Shown piece after piece: positions 42,054 to 52,590 of a DNA stretch of 64,000 bases. A program made the position numbers and the translations under genes. How positions within the stretch are numbered: the first letter of the stretch is position 1; each line of letters starts with the position of its first letter. The notes under the pieces are model-generated. The model did not search any database and had not been told where the DNA came from. It saw only the letters and a list, made by a program, of their open reading frames with translations. Location of the stretch: the NCBI GenBank assembly GCA_002025945.1, contig MWOO01000138.1, positions 10,155-74,154 of the forward strand, given 5' to 3'. Origin of the DNA: Prochlorococcus sp. HOT208_60m_813O14. GTDB lineage: Bacteria > Cyanobacteriota > Cyanobacteriia > PCC-6307 > Cyanobiaceae.

Positions 42054-42179
42054 TTAGTAATCTGTAGGTCCTTTAATACCAAGATAAAAGAAGGCTCCTA
42101 ACCCAACTAAAAGCAAAACTCCTGCGATAGCTGCAGAAGGGACAAAGCCTCCTATTGCAAAGGAAGAAAAATAAAACAT
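42054..42179 (-). CDS. Small membrane protein, 41 aa (MFYFSSFAIGGFVPSAAIAGVLLLVGLGAFFYLGIKGPTDY)
   Basis: Hand-translated ATG..TAA; Gly/Ala-rich TM helix with coding-like GC, unlike AT-rich spacer DNA. Confidence 0.7.
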   Translation of the reverse strand: MFYFSSFAIGGFVPSAAIAGVLLLVGLGAFFYLGIKGPTDY

Positions 42180-42269
42180 CTATAAAAACTAAAACTAGTT
42201 AGATAATATCAATAAAAATTAGGTATTTGTAAAAAATTTTGACTCGAAGACAATTAGAAAAAATCCTTT

Positions 42270-42497
42270 CTAAGCGACTAAAGTCGAATCTTCGTTATCA
42301 GCAGAAATTCTTATTCTCTCTTCCAACTTGGGCCCATATAATTCGTTTCCCCAGATTTCAACTCTTGAATCATTTGGGGCCATAAAAGTAAGAATGTCAG
42401 TTGGGAATAAAACTCTCTCTAAAAAAAAATTTGATGGACCAATACATCTCAAAACAACCATTCTAGAACCTTCATTTTTGTAAGAAAATTCGACCAT
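42270..42497 (-). CDS. DUF1830 family protein
   Basis: Y.N....MVVLRC.GP..FFLERVLFP.....F.AP..SRVEIW pattern; ATG at 42497 preferred. Confidence 0.8.
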   Translation of the reverse strand: MVEFSYKNEGSRMVVLRCIGPSNFFLERVLFPTDILTFMAPNDSRVEIWGNELYGPKLEERIRISADNEDSTLVA

Positions 42498-42549
42498 TCC
42501 TAAACAACAAAATATCTTCAATTAAACACTACTTAGAGATAAAAAAAAT

Positions 42550-42563
42550 GTATAAAAAATTAC
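42550..42563 (-). promoter_or_regulatory. NtcA box upstream of the DUF1830 gene
   Basis: Exact GTA-TAAAAAAT-TAC (GTA-N8-TAC) 52 nt upstream of the ATG; best -10 candidate is at non-canonical spacing. Confidence 0.6.
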
Positions 42564-42588
42564 TGAAAAAAAAGAAATTTAGAAAATG

Positions 42589-43533
42589 CTACAAATTTAA
42601 TCCGGCCTCAACTAAATTTCTTTCTTGATCTATTAGTAAAAGCGCATAAGATTTTATCAAATCAAAACTTTTATGAGGAATTGAGACATTAAGCATTCTC
42701 AAGAAATTAAATAATTTTTCATCTTGAAGGGCCTTACCTTTTTGTAAAAACATTTCTTTTTCCTGATTTATTTTCCACATATTCATATATTCAATCTTCA
42801 AGGGCTTTAAGTGCCAAATATTGTCTATTAAAGTCCAGGTATCTAAATATTCGTTTAGGTTATTTTGGATTTTTAATACATAAGAAGATTCAGAAAGACT
42901 CAAATTTGTTGTATTAATGGGTCGATCATTTGTGTTAGTTGAGTAAGGCTTTATTCCCAAAAACCATCCCTCAAGAATTAATAAATCAGGATTATCTAAT
43001 CTCCAATGAGATCTATCTCCTAAACCATTTCTCAAAGATTTATCGAAAACTGGTACATTTAATTCCCCATTTATCTTCCAATTTAATAATTTTTCATGCA
43101 TTAATTTTACTGAATGACTACCTGGAAACCCTCTTGAGACATTCCAAGGGTTATTCTTAATTGCTAATTTCATTTCATTTGATGGAAGATAAAAGTCATC
43201 AATTGAAATAACAGAAATCTTGAAGTTTAATTTTAACGATATAGCTTCAAGCCATTTACCTAGTGTTGTCTTACCTGTGCCAGGTAAAGCTGAGATTCCA
43301 ATTATTTTTCTATCAGAAAAATTATTTTGAAATTTATAAGCCTGAGATAAAAGAGGTAAAGCTAAACCCCAAATCCAATCATCATTTACTTTATAATTCC
43401 AATATTGATCAATTGAAAGAATATTTTTCTGATTATTCCAAAAATTGAACCAATCATCCAAAGATTCCCAACCAATATCAATAATTAATTTTTCAAATTT
43501 ATCAAGAGGAAAATTAATATCCAAATCTTTCAT
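42589..43533 (-). CDS. P-loop kinase, D-glycerate 3-kinase (GLYK)-like
   Basis: GISALPGTGKTT, ISIDDFYL, RGFPGSH, VPVFDKSL..G.GDR, LEGWFLG. Confidence 0.75.
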   Translation of the reverse strand: MKDLDINFPLDKFEKLIIDIGWESLDDWFNFWNNQKNILSIDQYWNYKVNDDWIWGLALPLLSQAYKFQNNFSDRKIIGISALPGTGKTTLGKWLEAISLKLNFKISVISIDDFYLPSNEMKLAIKNNPWNVSRGFPGSHSVKLMHEKLLNWKINGELNVPVFDKSLRNGLGDRSHWRLDNPDLLILEGWFLGIKPYSTNTNDRPINTTNLSLSESSYVLKIQNNLNEYLDTWTLIDNIWHLKPLKIEYMNMWKINQEKEMFLQKGKALQDEKLFNFLRMLNVSIPHKSFDLIKSYALLLIDQERNLVEAGLNL

Positions 43534-43537
43534 CTTT

Positions 43538-44335
43538 TTATAATAGTACTCGCTTATTTATCAATTTATTGATTTCATTTTTCCAACCATATCCATTTGG
43601 TTCAGAGGCTAAAGTAAATTCCAAATCTTTTAATTGATCTAATAAATTTAAATTAGGTCCATCTATTCCAGGGATAACGATTTTAATATCTGAGTTTAAA
43701 AGTAGAGGTAAATCATTTGGAGAATCGCCTAAACCTATAATTTCAATGTTTTGAACATTTGAATATTCTTTAAGAACATTTATTGCTTTACCTTTATTCG
43801 ATTCTGTAGATAATAAGTGACTCATTCTATTTCCCTTAAAAATATCAACATTAAACTTTTTACAACAAATATTAATTTTCTCTTCTAAATCACTTGGTGG
43901 ATTTAAAAAAGGCATGCTCCAATGCCTATCACGCATTAAGTTCAATGAGTTGCCTTCTAAACCTGTGAGTTGAGTGGCTTCTTGATCAGTGAGATTATTA
44001 AGAGGAGTAAGTTTATAATCGATTTCATTAGAAATAAAATTTAAGATTTCTTCAAGAGATTCGTATTTTAATCCAAGAATAATTTCTCCATTTACTCTTT
44101 TAAGAGATTCACCATATATTGCCGCACCATTCTCAACAATATAAGGATCCGTCAAGTTAAGTTCCTTTCTAATGACTTTTACTTCAGAAGCAGTTTTGCT
44201 TGTACAAAGAATTACGGGTATAGATAATTTTTGTAGTGTTTTAATAGTTTCTTTAGCAGGTGATAAATCATATGAATGATCCATTAAAGTACCATCTACA
44301 TCACTTACTACCCAAATAGAAGAATTTTCTATCAT
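43538..44335 (-). CDS. gpgP: Glucosyl-3-phosphoglycerate phosphatase (HAD IIB, MpgP/YedP-like)
   Basis: DVDGTL, CTSKT..E, ENGA, GLGDSPND. Confidence 0.85.
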   Translation of the reverse strand: MIENSSIWVVSDVDGTLMDHSYDLSPAKETIKTLQKLSIPVILCTSKTASEVKVIRKELNLTDPYIVENGAAIYGESLKRVNGEIILGLKYESLEEILNFISNEIDYKLTPLNNLTDQEATQLTGLEGNSLNLMRDRHWSMPFLNPPSDLEEKINICCKKFNVDIFKGNRMSHLLSTESNKGKAINVLKEYSNVQNIEIIGLGDSPNDLPLLLNSDIKIVIPGIDGPNLNLLDQLKDLEFTLASEPNGYGWKNEINKLINKRVLL

Positions 44336-44337
44336 TT

Positions 44338-46098
44338 TTATAAAGCACTTAGCCAAATTACTTGAAAAGGATCAAGAATAATATTTTTGCAATTATATTT
44401 ACTGGATGTTAAAAAATCATGGGTATTGAAATCATTATCAAATATTTTTGGTAGATCATTATCATTCAATTGATAATTAATTTTATTTTCAGTCATATTA
44501 TGGATTGCAAAAACAGACTCAGGACCCTTACCTCTTTTGATTACAACAATATCACTTCTACCTTTAGACAAACATTTCATTACTGAACTAGGGTGAAATT
44601 GCTTTAATTTTGATCTGATATCCATAGCATTGCGAAGATATTTTAAGTTTTTATTTGCATTAGATTCAGGATTATTTAAAACGGCTAAAAGATTTTCTAA
44701 TTTAAACTTTTCTCTATTAAGGTCCCTTCTTTGACCCGTCTTAGAAAAACTTTTGATATCATTTTCTGAAGCTAGTAATGCTGGCAAATAAAATGCAGGA
44801 ACCCCTTTCAGAGACATTACTAATAATTGACTCAAAATAAATCTCTCATATTGAAATTTTTTTGCATCTCTACTGGAGTCTTCCATTGCACTCCACCAAC
44901 TAATATTCAATTCATAAGGTTTATCATCACCATTTGATAAACGCCTATGACTTACTAATCCACCTCTTTTCTCACAATTAATTAATAAATCTTTAATTCT
45001 CTGCTCATTCATTAAACCCTCTAGAGCTCTTAGCCCAACACCATCGTGCGATGCAGTGAAATTAAATAAAGTAGTATTTTCAGGTAATATGGGCCAATCA
45101 AAAATCCATGAGTTAAGAATATCAGCTCTTGAAGTAATAATTGCCTCTAGGAGAAGAGGAGGTAATGGGAAATTATAAGCCATGTGGGCTTCATCATCAG
45201 GAATCAGATAAGATAAATTTTCCTTCTGAGGAACATTAGTTTCAGTTATTAAAACTCCCTCATCAAGAAGATCATTCAAAAGAACTCTTAAGAGTTTCAC
45301 AATTGAATGTGCTTTAGCTAAATGCAAGCAAGTTGTCCCTGATTCCTTCCAAATAAAACCTACAGCATCAAGCCTTAACCATTTAATTCCATTAGATAAA
45401 TAAGTAATAATTAAATTTAAAAACTCAAGAGTCATTTTTGGATTATGCCAATTCAAATCAATTTGATCTGGGCCAAAAGTTGTCCAAACTTGTTTAGGGC
45501 CATCTTCAGTATTTATTTGAGAAAACAAAGAGGAACTTCTAGGCCTAACTACATTCGACCAGTCAAGATTTTGTTTCGGAGAAAAAACATTTGATATTCC
45601 AGGTTCTTGGGATTTAATGAATTGTTGAACCCATGGGTGGGATGATGAGACATGGTTTAGTACTAAATCAGCCATCAAATCATGATTTTTAGAAATACTT
45701 TTGAGATCATCCCAACCACCAAATTTTTCTTCTAGAGAATCATAACTTGAGACTGCAAAACCTCCATCACTTGTAGATTTTAAAAAAGGAAGAATATGTA
45801 CAACTTTAGAGAGACTGCAAAAATGTTTACTTAACAACTCACTAAGAGTTATTAGTGTTGCCTCGCCATTTTTATAAATACTATCTGCATAAGTTATCAA
45901 TACCGAATGAGATTCATTCCATCTTTCCTTACCTCTTATTTCTTCAAAAGCAGATTTCTCTGAGAAATCATCTAGAATCTGTAATAATTGATTTGAAATA
46001 AAATTAATTTCTTCTGTAGTATTATTTGAATAAATTGTTTTTAACAATTTATCAATCTTTAATCTATTTAATTTTTTCTCTGAATCAATTTGCTTCAC
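44338..46098 (-). CDS. GH13_18 sucrose-phosphorylase-like enzyme, probable glucosylglycerate phosphorylase
   Basis: ITYAD, HILPF, DGGF, DLVLNH.S, WTTF...QIDLN, RLDAVGFIWK..GT.C.HL, ITETNVP, SHDGVG; flanked by gpgP and gpgS. Confidence 0.8.
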   Translation of the reverse strand: MKQIDSEKKLNRLKIDKLLKTIYSNNTTEEINFISNQLLQILDDFSEKSAFEEIRGKERWNESHSVLITYADSIYKNGEATLITLSELLSKHFCSLSKVVHILPFLKSTSDGGFAVSSYDSLEEKFGGWDDLKSISKNHDLMADLVLNHVSSSHPWVQQFIKSQEPGISNVFSPKQNLDWSNVVRPRSSSLFSQINTEDGPKQVWTTFGPDQIDLNWHNPKMTLEFLNLIITYLSNGIKWLRLDAVGFIWKESGTTCLHLAKAHSIVKLLRVLLNDLLDEGVLITETNVPQKENLSYLIPDDEAHMAYNFPLPPLLLEAIITSRADILNSWIFDWPILPENTTLFNFTASHDGVGLRALEGLMNEQRIKDLLINCEKRGGLVSHRRLSNGDDKPYELNISWWSAMEDSSRDAKKFQYERFILSQLLVMSLKGVPAFYLPALLASENDIKSFSKTGQRRDLNREKFKLENLLAVLNNPESNANKNLKYLRNAMDIRSKLKQFHPSSVMKCLSKGRSDIVVIKRGKGPESVFAIHNMTENKINYQLNDNDLPKIFDNDFNTHDFLTSSKYNCKNIILDPFQVIWLSAL

Positions 46099-46148
46099 TT
46101 TGAAAAAATCAACGAAGTATTAATACTATTCTGCACATCAATCAGAAA

Positions 46149-47375
46149 ATGGACTTTCAACAAGGTTTAATCACAACAATACATGAATATGGAGTTACAA
46201 GAAATTTACTTAAAGAATTAAACAAAAGTCTTAAAAAAAGATCAACTAGTATTCTAATACCTTGTTTATATGAAGAATTTGAGCGTCCAGCATTAAAAGA
46301 CATAAGAGAAGTTTTAAAAGACCTTACAGGATTAAATGAATTAGTTATTGCTCTCTCTGCAAAAACTGTTGAGCAAGTTAAATCAGCAAAATCATTTTTT
46401 GACTCAATGCCATTTCCAGTTCACATTCAATGGACTAATTCTCCCTCTGTAATAGAACTATTAAAAAGCCAAGAACAAAATGGTTTAGAACTTTTAGGAA
46501 CTCCAGGTAAAGGATGGGCGGTATGGCAAGGAATTGGAGTTGCTACTAGAAAATCAGAAGTTGTTGCTCTTTTTGATGCTGATATAAGAACTTTTAGTCC
46601 TTTGTATCCTTCAAGAATGATACTTCCACTTCTGGACGAATCATATGGAATCTCTTATGTAAAAGCTTTTTACAGCAGGTTATCCTTAGAGACCAATCAA
46701 TTACAAGGTAGGGCAACAAGATTATTTGTTGGTCCATTATTGGCAAGTCTTGAGCAGTTAGTAGGGAAGGGTCCTTTTCTACAATATCTTCAATCATTTA
46801 GATATCCATTAGCAGGTGAATTTGCTTTCACTAAAGACCTTGCTATGAACTTACGAATTCCTTGTGACTGGGGTTTAGAGATAGGTTTATTATCAGAGGT
46901 TTATAGAAACGTAAGAACCTCCAAAATAGCCCAAGTTGACCTAGGTTTGTTTGATCATAAACATAAGAATATTGGCGATTCATCTAAACAAGGATTACAA
47001 AAAATGTGTACAGAAATACTTTCAAGTGTTTTAAGAGGTCTCATGGAGCATCAAGCAGAGACCTTAACAAGTACTCAATTAGCAACCTTAGAAGTTCTTT
47101 ACAAAAGAGTTGGGGAAGATCGGGTAAAACAATTTGGATTAGATTCAGCAGTTAATCAACTTCCATACGATAGGCATGAAGAAGAGCTATCAGTACAAAA
47201 ATTTGCGAAACTATTGAGACCGGCTACAGAAGATTACTTAGCTTGCCCTACGACACAGCAGTTACCAAGTTGGTCAAGAGTTCTATCTTGTGAGAACAAA
47301 CTGCAAGAAGATTTGGCAATTGCTGGGTCACAAGATATAAAGAAAACTGAAAAAGAATTAATTAAAAACTTCTAA
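46149..47375 (+). CDS. gpgS: Glucosyl-3-phosphoglycerate synthase
   Basis: MDFQQG.ITTIH, GKGWAVW, DADI, GRATRL, YPLAGEF, WGLEIG. Confidence 0.88.
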   Translation: MDFQQGLITTIHEYGVTRNLLKELNKSLKKRSTSILIPCLYEEFERPALKDIREVLKDLTGLNELVIALSAKTVEQVKSAKSFFDSMPFPVHIQWTNSPSVIELLKSQEQNGLELLGTPGKGWAVWQGIGVATRKSEVVALFDADIRTFSPLYPSRMILPLLDESYGISYVKAFYSRLSLETNQLQGRATRLFVGPLLASLEQLVGKGPFLQYLQSFRYPLAGEFAFTKDLAMNLRIPCDWGLEIGLLSEVYRNVRTSKIAQVDLGLFDHKHKNIGDSSKQGLQKMCTEILSSVLRGLMEHQAETLTSTQLATLEVLYKRVGEDRVKQFGLDSAVNQLPYDRHEEELSVQKFAKLLRPATEDYLACPTTQQLPSWSRVLSCENKLQEDLAIAGSQDIKKTEKELIKNF

Positions 47376-49081
47376 AGTAAAAAGTATCTTTGAGCCATTG
47401 GGACTTCATCAAGAGGTTCACAAGTGAGAAGTTCCCCATCAGAAAAAACTTCATAAGTTTGAGGATCAACTGAAATATTTGGTAGTTGACTATTGAGTTT
47501 TAAATATGATTTATTGATATTTCTGGTATTTTCTACGGCAATACATTTCTTTTTTAAGCCTAATTTATTTGGAATATTTTGATCAATTGAGTTTTTACTT
47601 AAAAAGGTAAAAGAACTCTTAATAAGCGATTGGCCGAAACTTGCAAACATAGGTCGACCATGTACAGGTCCTGGAGTAGGAATTGAAGCATTTGCATCAC
47701 CCATTTGGGACCAAACTATAGATCCTCCTTTAATAACTAATTCAGGCTTTACAGCAAAAAAGGAAGGTTTCCACAATGCTAAATCCGCAATTTTACCCTT
47801 TTCTATAGAACCTACATGTTTATCAATACCATGAGCTATTGCAGGATTAATTGTGACTTTAGAAATATATCTCTTTACTCTGTAATTATCGTTTCTATCA
47901 GAATCCTGCGACAACGGTCCTCTTTGGACTTTCATTTTATGAGCGGTTTGAAAAGTTCTTAAAATTACTTCACCAACTCTTCCCATAGCTTGAGAATCAC
48001 TAGCAATAATTGAAAAAGCACCTATATCATGCAAGATATCCTCAGCTGCAATAGTCTCTCTTCTTATTCTTGATTCAGCGAATGCAATATCTTCAGGGAT
48101 TTTAGAATCTAAATGATGACAAACCATTAACATGTCAAGGTGTTCTTCTAATGTATTCCTGGTGTAGGGTCTTGTTGGATTTGTACTACTAGGAAGAACA
48201 TTTTTTTCTCCACAAATCTTAATAATGTCTGGTGCATGACCTCCACCTGCACCCTCGGTATGAAAAGTATGAATAGTTCTTCCTGCAATAGCCTTGATAG
48301 TATCCTCAACAAAGCCTGCCTCATTTAAAGTATCAGTATGAATACATACTTGTACGTCAAACTTATCTGCGACATTAAGACAAGAATTTATTGTCGAGGG
48401 AGTCGTTCCCCAATCCTCATGGAGTTTCAATCCACATGCACCAGCCTCAACCTGATCAATAAGATTGCTCTCGTTTGTTGAGTTTCCTTTTCCAAAAAAA
48501 CCTAAATTCATAGGAAAGGCTTCTGCAGATTGAAGCATTCTTGAAATATGAAAAGAACCAGGAGTGCAAGTAGTAGCATTTGTGCCAGTTGCAGGTCCAG
48601 TTCCTCCTCCCAACATGGTTGTAATTCCAGAGGCTAATGCTGTCTCAATTTGTTGGGGACAGATAAAGTGAATATGGGTATCTATCGAACCTGCAGTAAG
48701 AATATGCCCCTCTCCAGCTATTACTTCTGTTGATGCACCAATAACAATATCAACATTATCTTGGATATCAGGATTGCCAGCCTTACCAATTTCAAAAATC
48801 ATTCCATCTTTTATACCCACATCAGCCTTAATTATTCCCCACCAATCTACGATCAAAGCATTAGTTATTACGGTATCTACAGCTCCATCAGCTCTTCTTA
48901 CTTGAGACTGTCCCATCCCATCTCGAATAACTTTACCTCCACCAAATTTAACTTCATCTCCGTATGTAGTTAAATCCTTTTCTACTTCTATAAAAAGTTC
49001 GGTATCAGCAAGCCTTACTCTATCTCCTGTAGTGGGTCCGTAAGTTTGAGCATAAGTTTTTCTATCAATTTTATAAGACAT
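47372..49081 (-). CDS. ureC: Urease alpha subunit
   Basis: [36 protein letters not shown]. Confidence 0.99.
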   Translation of the reverse strand: MSYKIDRKTYAQTYGPTTGDRVRLADTELFIEVEKDLTTYGDEVKFGGGKVIRDGMGQSQVRRADGAVDTVITNALIVDWWGIIKADVGIKDGMIFEIGKAGNPDIQDNVDIVIGASTEVIAGEGHILTAGSIDTHIHFICPQQIETALASGITTMLGGGTGPATGTNATTCTPGSFHISRMLQSAEAFPMNLGFFGKGNSTNESNLIDQVEAGACGLKLHEDWGTTPSTINSCLNVADKFDVQVCIHTDTLNEAGFVEDTIKAIAGRTIHTFHTEGAGGGHAPDIIKICGEKNVLPSSTNPTRPYTRNTLEEHLDMLMVCHHLDSKIPEDIAFAESRIRRETIAAEDILHDIGAFSIIASDSQAMGRVGEVILRTFQTAHKMKVQRGPLSQDSDRNDNYRVKRYISKVTINPAIAHGIDKHVGSIEKGKIADLALWKPSFFAVKPELVIKGGSIVWSQMGDANASIPTPGPVHGRPMFASFGQSLIKSSFTFLSKNSIDQNIPNKLGLKKKCIAVENTRNINKSYLKLNSQLPNISVDPQTYEVFSDGELLTCEPLDEVPMAQRYFLL

Positions 49082-49085
49082 AATT

Positions 49086-49406
49086 TTAACTATCTAAAGA
49101 ACCATTAACTAATGAATTAAAACCATATGCATTTCTTAAACCTGAAAATGGCACTAATTTGACATCTGTTGTATCACCCGGTTCAAATCTAATTGCTGTT
49201 CCTGCAGGAATGTCAAGACGCATACCATGTGTTGATTCTCGATCAAAAATTAAAGCCTTGTTTGCTTCATAAAAATGATAATGAGATCCAACTTGCACAG
49301 GTCTATCTCCAGAATTAGAAACCTTTACTTTTTTAACTTGCTTACTTAGATTTAGTTCGATTTCACCTTGTTCAGGAATTATTTGGCCAGGAATTAAATT
49401 ACTCAT
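49086..49406 (-). CDS. ureB: Urease beta subunit
   Basis: [30 protein letters not shown]. Confidence 0.99.
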   Translation of the reverse strand: MSNLIPGQIIPEQGEIELNLSKQVKKVKVSNSGDRPVQVGSHYHFYEANKALIFDRESTHGMRLDIPAGTAIRFEPGDTTDVKLVPFSGLRNAYGFNSLVNGSLDS

Positions 49407-49408
49407 AA

Positions 49409-49711
49409 CTAATTAATCGGATTGTGAATAGTAACTAATTTAGTCCCATCAGGGAAAACCGCTTCTATTTGAACTTCATCAACCATTTCAGGAATGCCCT
49501 CCATAACTTGTGATTTCGAAAGCCAGGTAGTTCCCTCTGACATTAATTGACTTACACTTTTACCATCCCGTGCTCCTTCAAGAACTTGAAAACTTAAAAA
49601 AGCAATTGTTTCAGGATAATTAAGCTTAAGACCTCGACTAAGCCTTCTTTCAGCTAAGAGCGCAGCAGAAAAAATCAATAATTTATCCTTTTCTTGAGGT
49701 GAAAGATGCAT
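49409..49711 (-). CDS. ureA: Urease gamma subunit
   Basis: [31 protein letters not shown]. Confidence 0.99.
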   Translation of the reverse strand: MHLSPQEKDKLLIFSAALLAERRLSRGLKLNYPETIAFLSFQVLEGARDGKSVSQLMSEGTTWLSKSQVMEGIPEMVDEVQIEAVFPDGTKLVTIHNPIN

Positions 49712-49761
49712 AATAAAAAATTAATCTATAAATTCTTAAAAAAGGTTCTTTCTGAACATAA

Positions 49762-50664
49762 TTAATAATTCATAGAATCTTGTAAAGGCCATACACCTTG
49801 ATATTTTGGCTCACAAAATCCACTAAAAGACCTAATTTGTTTCCAAATACAAAAAAAACATTTTCTAGCATCTTGAGAAGAACTCCCTAGGAATCTTACA
49901 GAGATTCCATTTTCAAGGATTCCAATAGATAAATTATTTTTAGTTTCATTGAAAATCTTTTTTATATTTCCTACTAGATTATTTATTTTTGACTTGGAAA
50001 AATCTTTTTCACAAATCCAAATTAAGGATCCAAAAACCGGTAGGTAATCCATACCTGACTTGGCCACAAAACTTGCCTTAGATAATTCAATCTGATCAAC
50101 ATATTCCCAATCATCAAGTAAATCATTATTTCTCATGATTTCTAATTTTGACCTAAAAACTCCACTCTCAATAGATTCTCCGGAAGAAGATCTTCCAAGT
50201 CTTACTAAATCAGTAAATAAAAAACTTGAAGTTTCTGAAATAGATACTTTAAAAATTTGCTCATATAAAGCATTTGCAAAGATTATTGTTTCTTGTGGAA
50301 GATACTCTAAATGAGAATTTTCAAGAATGTTTATGAGAATATTTTGCTTTGAAAAACTTCCTTTTGGATTGATTTTAGATCTTCCAACTGATCCATATAC
50401 TTTCTGAGCTGAAGAAGTCGTCAACAAAACCTTAGAGTTTTTTTTAAGATTTACCTCAAAATCGAGTAAATCACCTCCTACCAATCCCCCTGCAGTATGT
50501 AGAACAGGCAAAATGCATCTGCCCTCTTGATCATGAGTAGACTTCAATAACTTATAAGGAGAAGTTGATTTAGATTTAAAGATTGTTTTATCAACATTTC
50601 CTAAACTTGATTTATTATTGAAAAAATCTAAGAAACAATTACCTTCCCATGAAGTTTTAATCAT
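49762..50664 (-). CDS. ureD: Urease accessory protein UreD
   Basis: [27 protein letters not shown]. Confidence 0.95.
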   Translation of the reverse strand: MIKTSWEGNCFLDFFNNKSSLGNVDKTIFKSKSTSPYKLLKSTHDQEGRCILPVLHTAGGLVGGDLLDFEVNLKKNSKVLLTTSSAQKVYGSVGRSKINPKGSFSKQNILINILENSHLEYLPQETIIFANALYEQIFKVSISETSSFLFTDLVRLGRSSSGESIESGVFRSKLEIMRNNDLLDDWEYVDQIELSKASFVAKSGMDYLPVFGSLIWICEKDFSKSKINNLVGNIKKIFNETKNNLSIGILENGISVRFLGSSSQDARKCFFCIWKQIRSFSGFCEPKYQGVWPLQDSMNY

Positions 50665-50712
50665 AAATTGTTTTCTTTAATTACTAAATTAAAGTAACCA
50701 AAATTTTTGAGT

Positions 50713-51162
50713 ATGAGAATGAATAAACAAATTGTTGTAACTGATTGGATTAAAGAAAAACCGAAAGCAGGTTTATTTTTAAAACTTACCTTAAGTTCAG
50801 ATGAAAGAAGAATCTTAAGAGGTAAAAGATTAACTGATTGTGATCAAGAAATAATTTTACAACTACCTAGAAAAGGCAAATTAAATGATGGAGATATTCT
50901 TTCAACTAATAAGTCCAATTTTTATGTAGAGATAATTGCCAAAATAGAAGATTTAATTGAAATAAGTTCAAATTCTAAAATTGAACTTATTAAAACTGCT
51001 TATCATCTTGGAAATAGACACGTGGAAGTAGAAATCGAAGAAGGTATTCTTCTAACAAAAAGTGATTATGTTATTAAAAACATGCTTCTTAATTTTAAAG
51101 TTGATATAAAAAATACGAAAAAAAAGTTTTATCCAGAAAGAGGTGCCCATAGTCATGAGTAA
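50713..51162 (+). CDS. ureE: Urease accessory protein UreE
   Basis: L.DGD.L, AYHLGNRH, F.PE.GA with a short HSH tail. Confidence 0.95.
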   Translation: MRMNKQIVVTDWIKEKPKAGLFLKLTLSSDERRILRGKRLTDCDQEIILQLPRKGKLNDGDILSTNKSNFYVEIIAKIEDLIEISSNSKIELIKTAYHLGNRHVEVEIEEGILLTKSDYVIKNMLLNFKVDIKNTKKKFYPERGAHSHE

Positions 51163-51841
51163 AAGTCACTTATTAAAATATTTATTAATAAGTCCTAATT
51201 TACCAATTGGAGGATTTTGTTATTCAGAGGGAATGGAGAGTTATCTTCATAATAAAAATTTAACAGATTCAAATTCGGTAAAAGACTTAATAATAAGTGA
51301 ATTAAAAATTGGTCAGATAAGACTAGATGCAAGACTTTTACTAGATTTTTTTGATATTTTCAATGAAATAAACGACCGCAAAAATTTAAAAGGTAATTTG
51401 CAAAAGCTAATGAGTTTGGATAAATGGATCCTCTCAACAAAGGACTCTCTCGAAATCAGAGAACAACAAATACAAATGGCAAAATCTCTCTTTGATTTAA
51501 CCAAAGAATTTGGATTCGAATATCTATATGAAAATAATAAAAAAAATTCCTGGTCATTAGCGTGGAGTTGGGCTTGTTATTGTTTTGAAATTACTAAGTT
51601 AGAAATGGTTGAGAATTTTTTCTATGCGTGGAGTGCAAACCAACTTAGTGCTGCATTAAGAATTATTCCTATTGGGTCAACAAAAGCACAATTAATTCAG
51701 AGAGATTTATTAGCAATAATTTCAAAAGTTTCTAAAGAAATTATGGACAAAGAAATTGATGACATCTATTTTGGCAATGTAGGTTTAGCTATGGCACAAC
51801 AAAATCATAATGACCTTTATACAAAACTTTTTAGAAATTAA
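51155..51841 (+). CDS. ureF: Urease accessory protein UreF
   Basis: SPNLPIGGFCYSEGME and C-terminal H..LYTKLFRN. Confidence 0.95.
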   Translation: MSKSHLLKYLLISPNLPIGGFCYSEGMESYLHNKNLTDSNSVKDLIISELKIGQIRLDARLLLDFFDIFNEINDRKNLKGNLQKLMSLDKWILSTKDSLEIREQQIQMAKSLFDLTKEFGFEYLYENNKKNSWSLAWSWACYCFEITKLEMVENFFYAWSANQLSAALRIIPIGSTKAQLIQRDLLAIISKVSKEIMDKEIDDIYFGNVGLAMAQQNHNDLYTKLFRN

Positions 51842-51850
51842 CTTAAACTT

Positions 51851-52462
51851 ATGAGCAGCAAATTGAGAGTAGGTGTTGCTGGGCCTGTAGGTTCTGGGAA
51901 AACTGCATTAGTAGAGAATCTATGCTTAAACATGAAAAAAAATTATGAGATAGCAGTTGTCACCAATGATATCTACACAAAAGAAGATGCTAACTTTCTT
52001 ATAAATAAAAAGGTTTTAGAGGAAGGAAGAATTATTGGTGTAGAAACAGGAGGTTGTCCTCATACTGCGATAAGAGAAGATTGTTCATTAAATAAAAATG
52101 CAGTTTTAGATTTAGAAAATAAATATAATCCTTTAGATTTTGTTTTTGTAGAAAGTGGAGGTGATAATTTAGCATCTAGTTTTAGTCCAGAACTTGTAGA
52201 TATTTCAATATATGTAATTGATGTATCTGCCGGAGACAAAATCCCTAGAAAAGGGGGACCAGGGATAACAAGGTCGGATTTATTATTAATAAACAAAATT
52301 GACTTAGCAGATAAAGTTGGTGCAGATTTAAATATTATGAAAAGTGATACTGAATTTATGAGAAAAGGGAAACCTTGGTTTTTTACCAACCTAAGTAGCG
52401 GTATAGGAGTTGAAGAAATAACTCAATTTTTAGAATCACATATACCCAACTATAGAAACTAG
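51851..52462 (+). CDS. ureG: Urease accessory GTPase UreG
   Basis: [26 protein letters not shown]. Confidence 0.98.
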   Translation: MSSKLRVGVAGPVGSGKTALVENLCLNMKKNYEIAVVTNDIYTKEDANFLINKKVLEEGRIIGVETGGCPHTAIREDCSLNKNAVLDLENKYNPLDFVFVESGGDNLASSFSPELVDISIYVIDVSAGDKIPRKGGPGITRSDLLLINKIDLADKVGADLNIMKSDTEFMRKGKPWFFTNLSSGIGVEEITQFLESHIPNYRN

Positions 52463-52500
52463 AAAAATGTTCATTAATAATATATTGGATTCAACAAAAA

Positions 52501-52542
52501 GTTACGACTGATACAAAACGAATTCTCACTCGTTAATAACTT
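52501..52542 (+). promoter_or_regulatory. NtcA-activated promoter of urtABCDE
   Basis: GTT-ACGACTGA-TAC (52501-52514), a 22-nt spacer, TAACTT at 52537-52542; same geometry and nearly the same site as at glnA. Confidence 0.8.
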
Positions 52543-52590
52543 TTAACTTATCCCCCTAATGAGGGTCAATTACCTAATTTATCCTAATTC

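Noticed and set aside
40424-42500. tRNA-Pro as an integration site of a mobile element
   Set aside because: No integrase and no duplicated tRNA 3' fragment seen; neighbours uppP and ndhP are core genes
49744-49757. GTTC-N5-GAAC palindrome upstream of ureA as an NtcA site
   Set aside because: Wrong spacing and half-sites for GTA-N8-TAC and no -10 box at 22 nt
50681-50697. TTACT-N7-AGTAA inverted repeat between ureD and ureE
   Set aside because: Short, AT-rich and not matching a known operator
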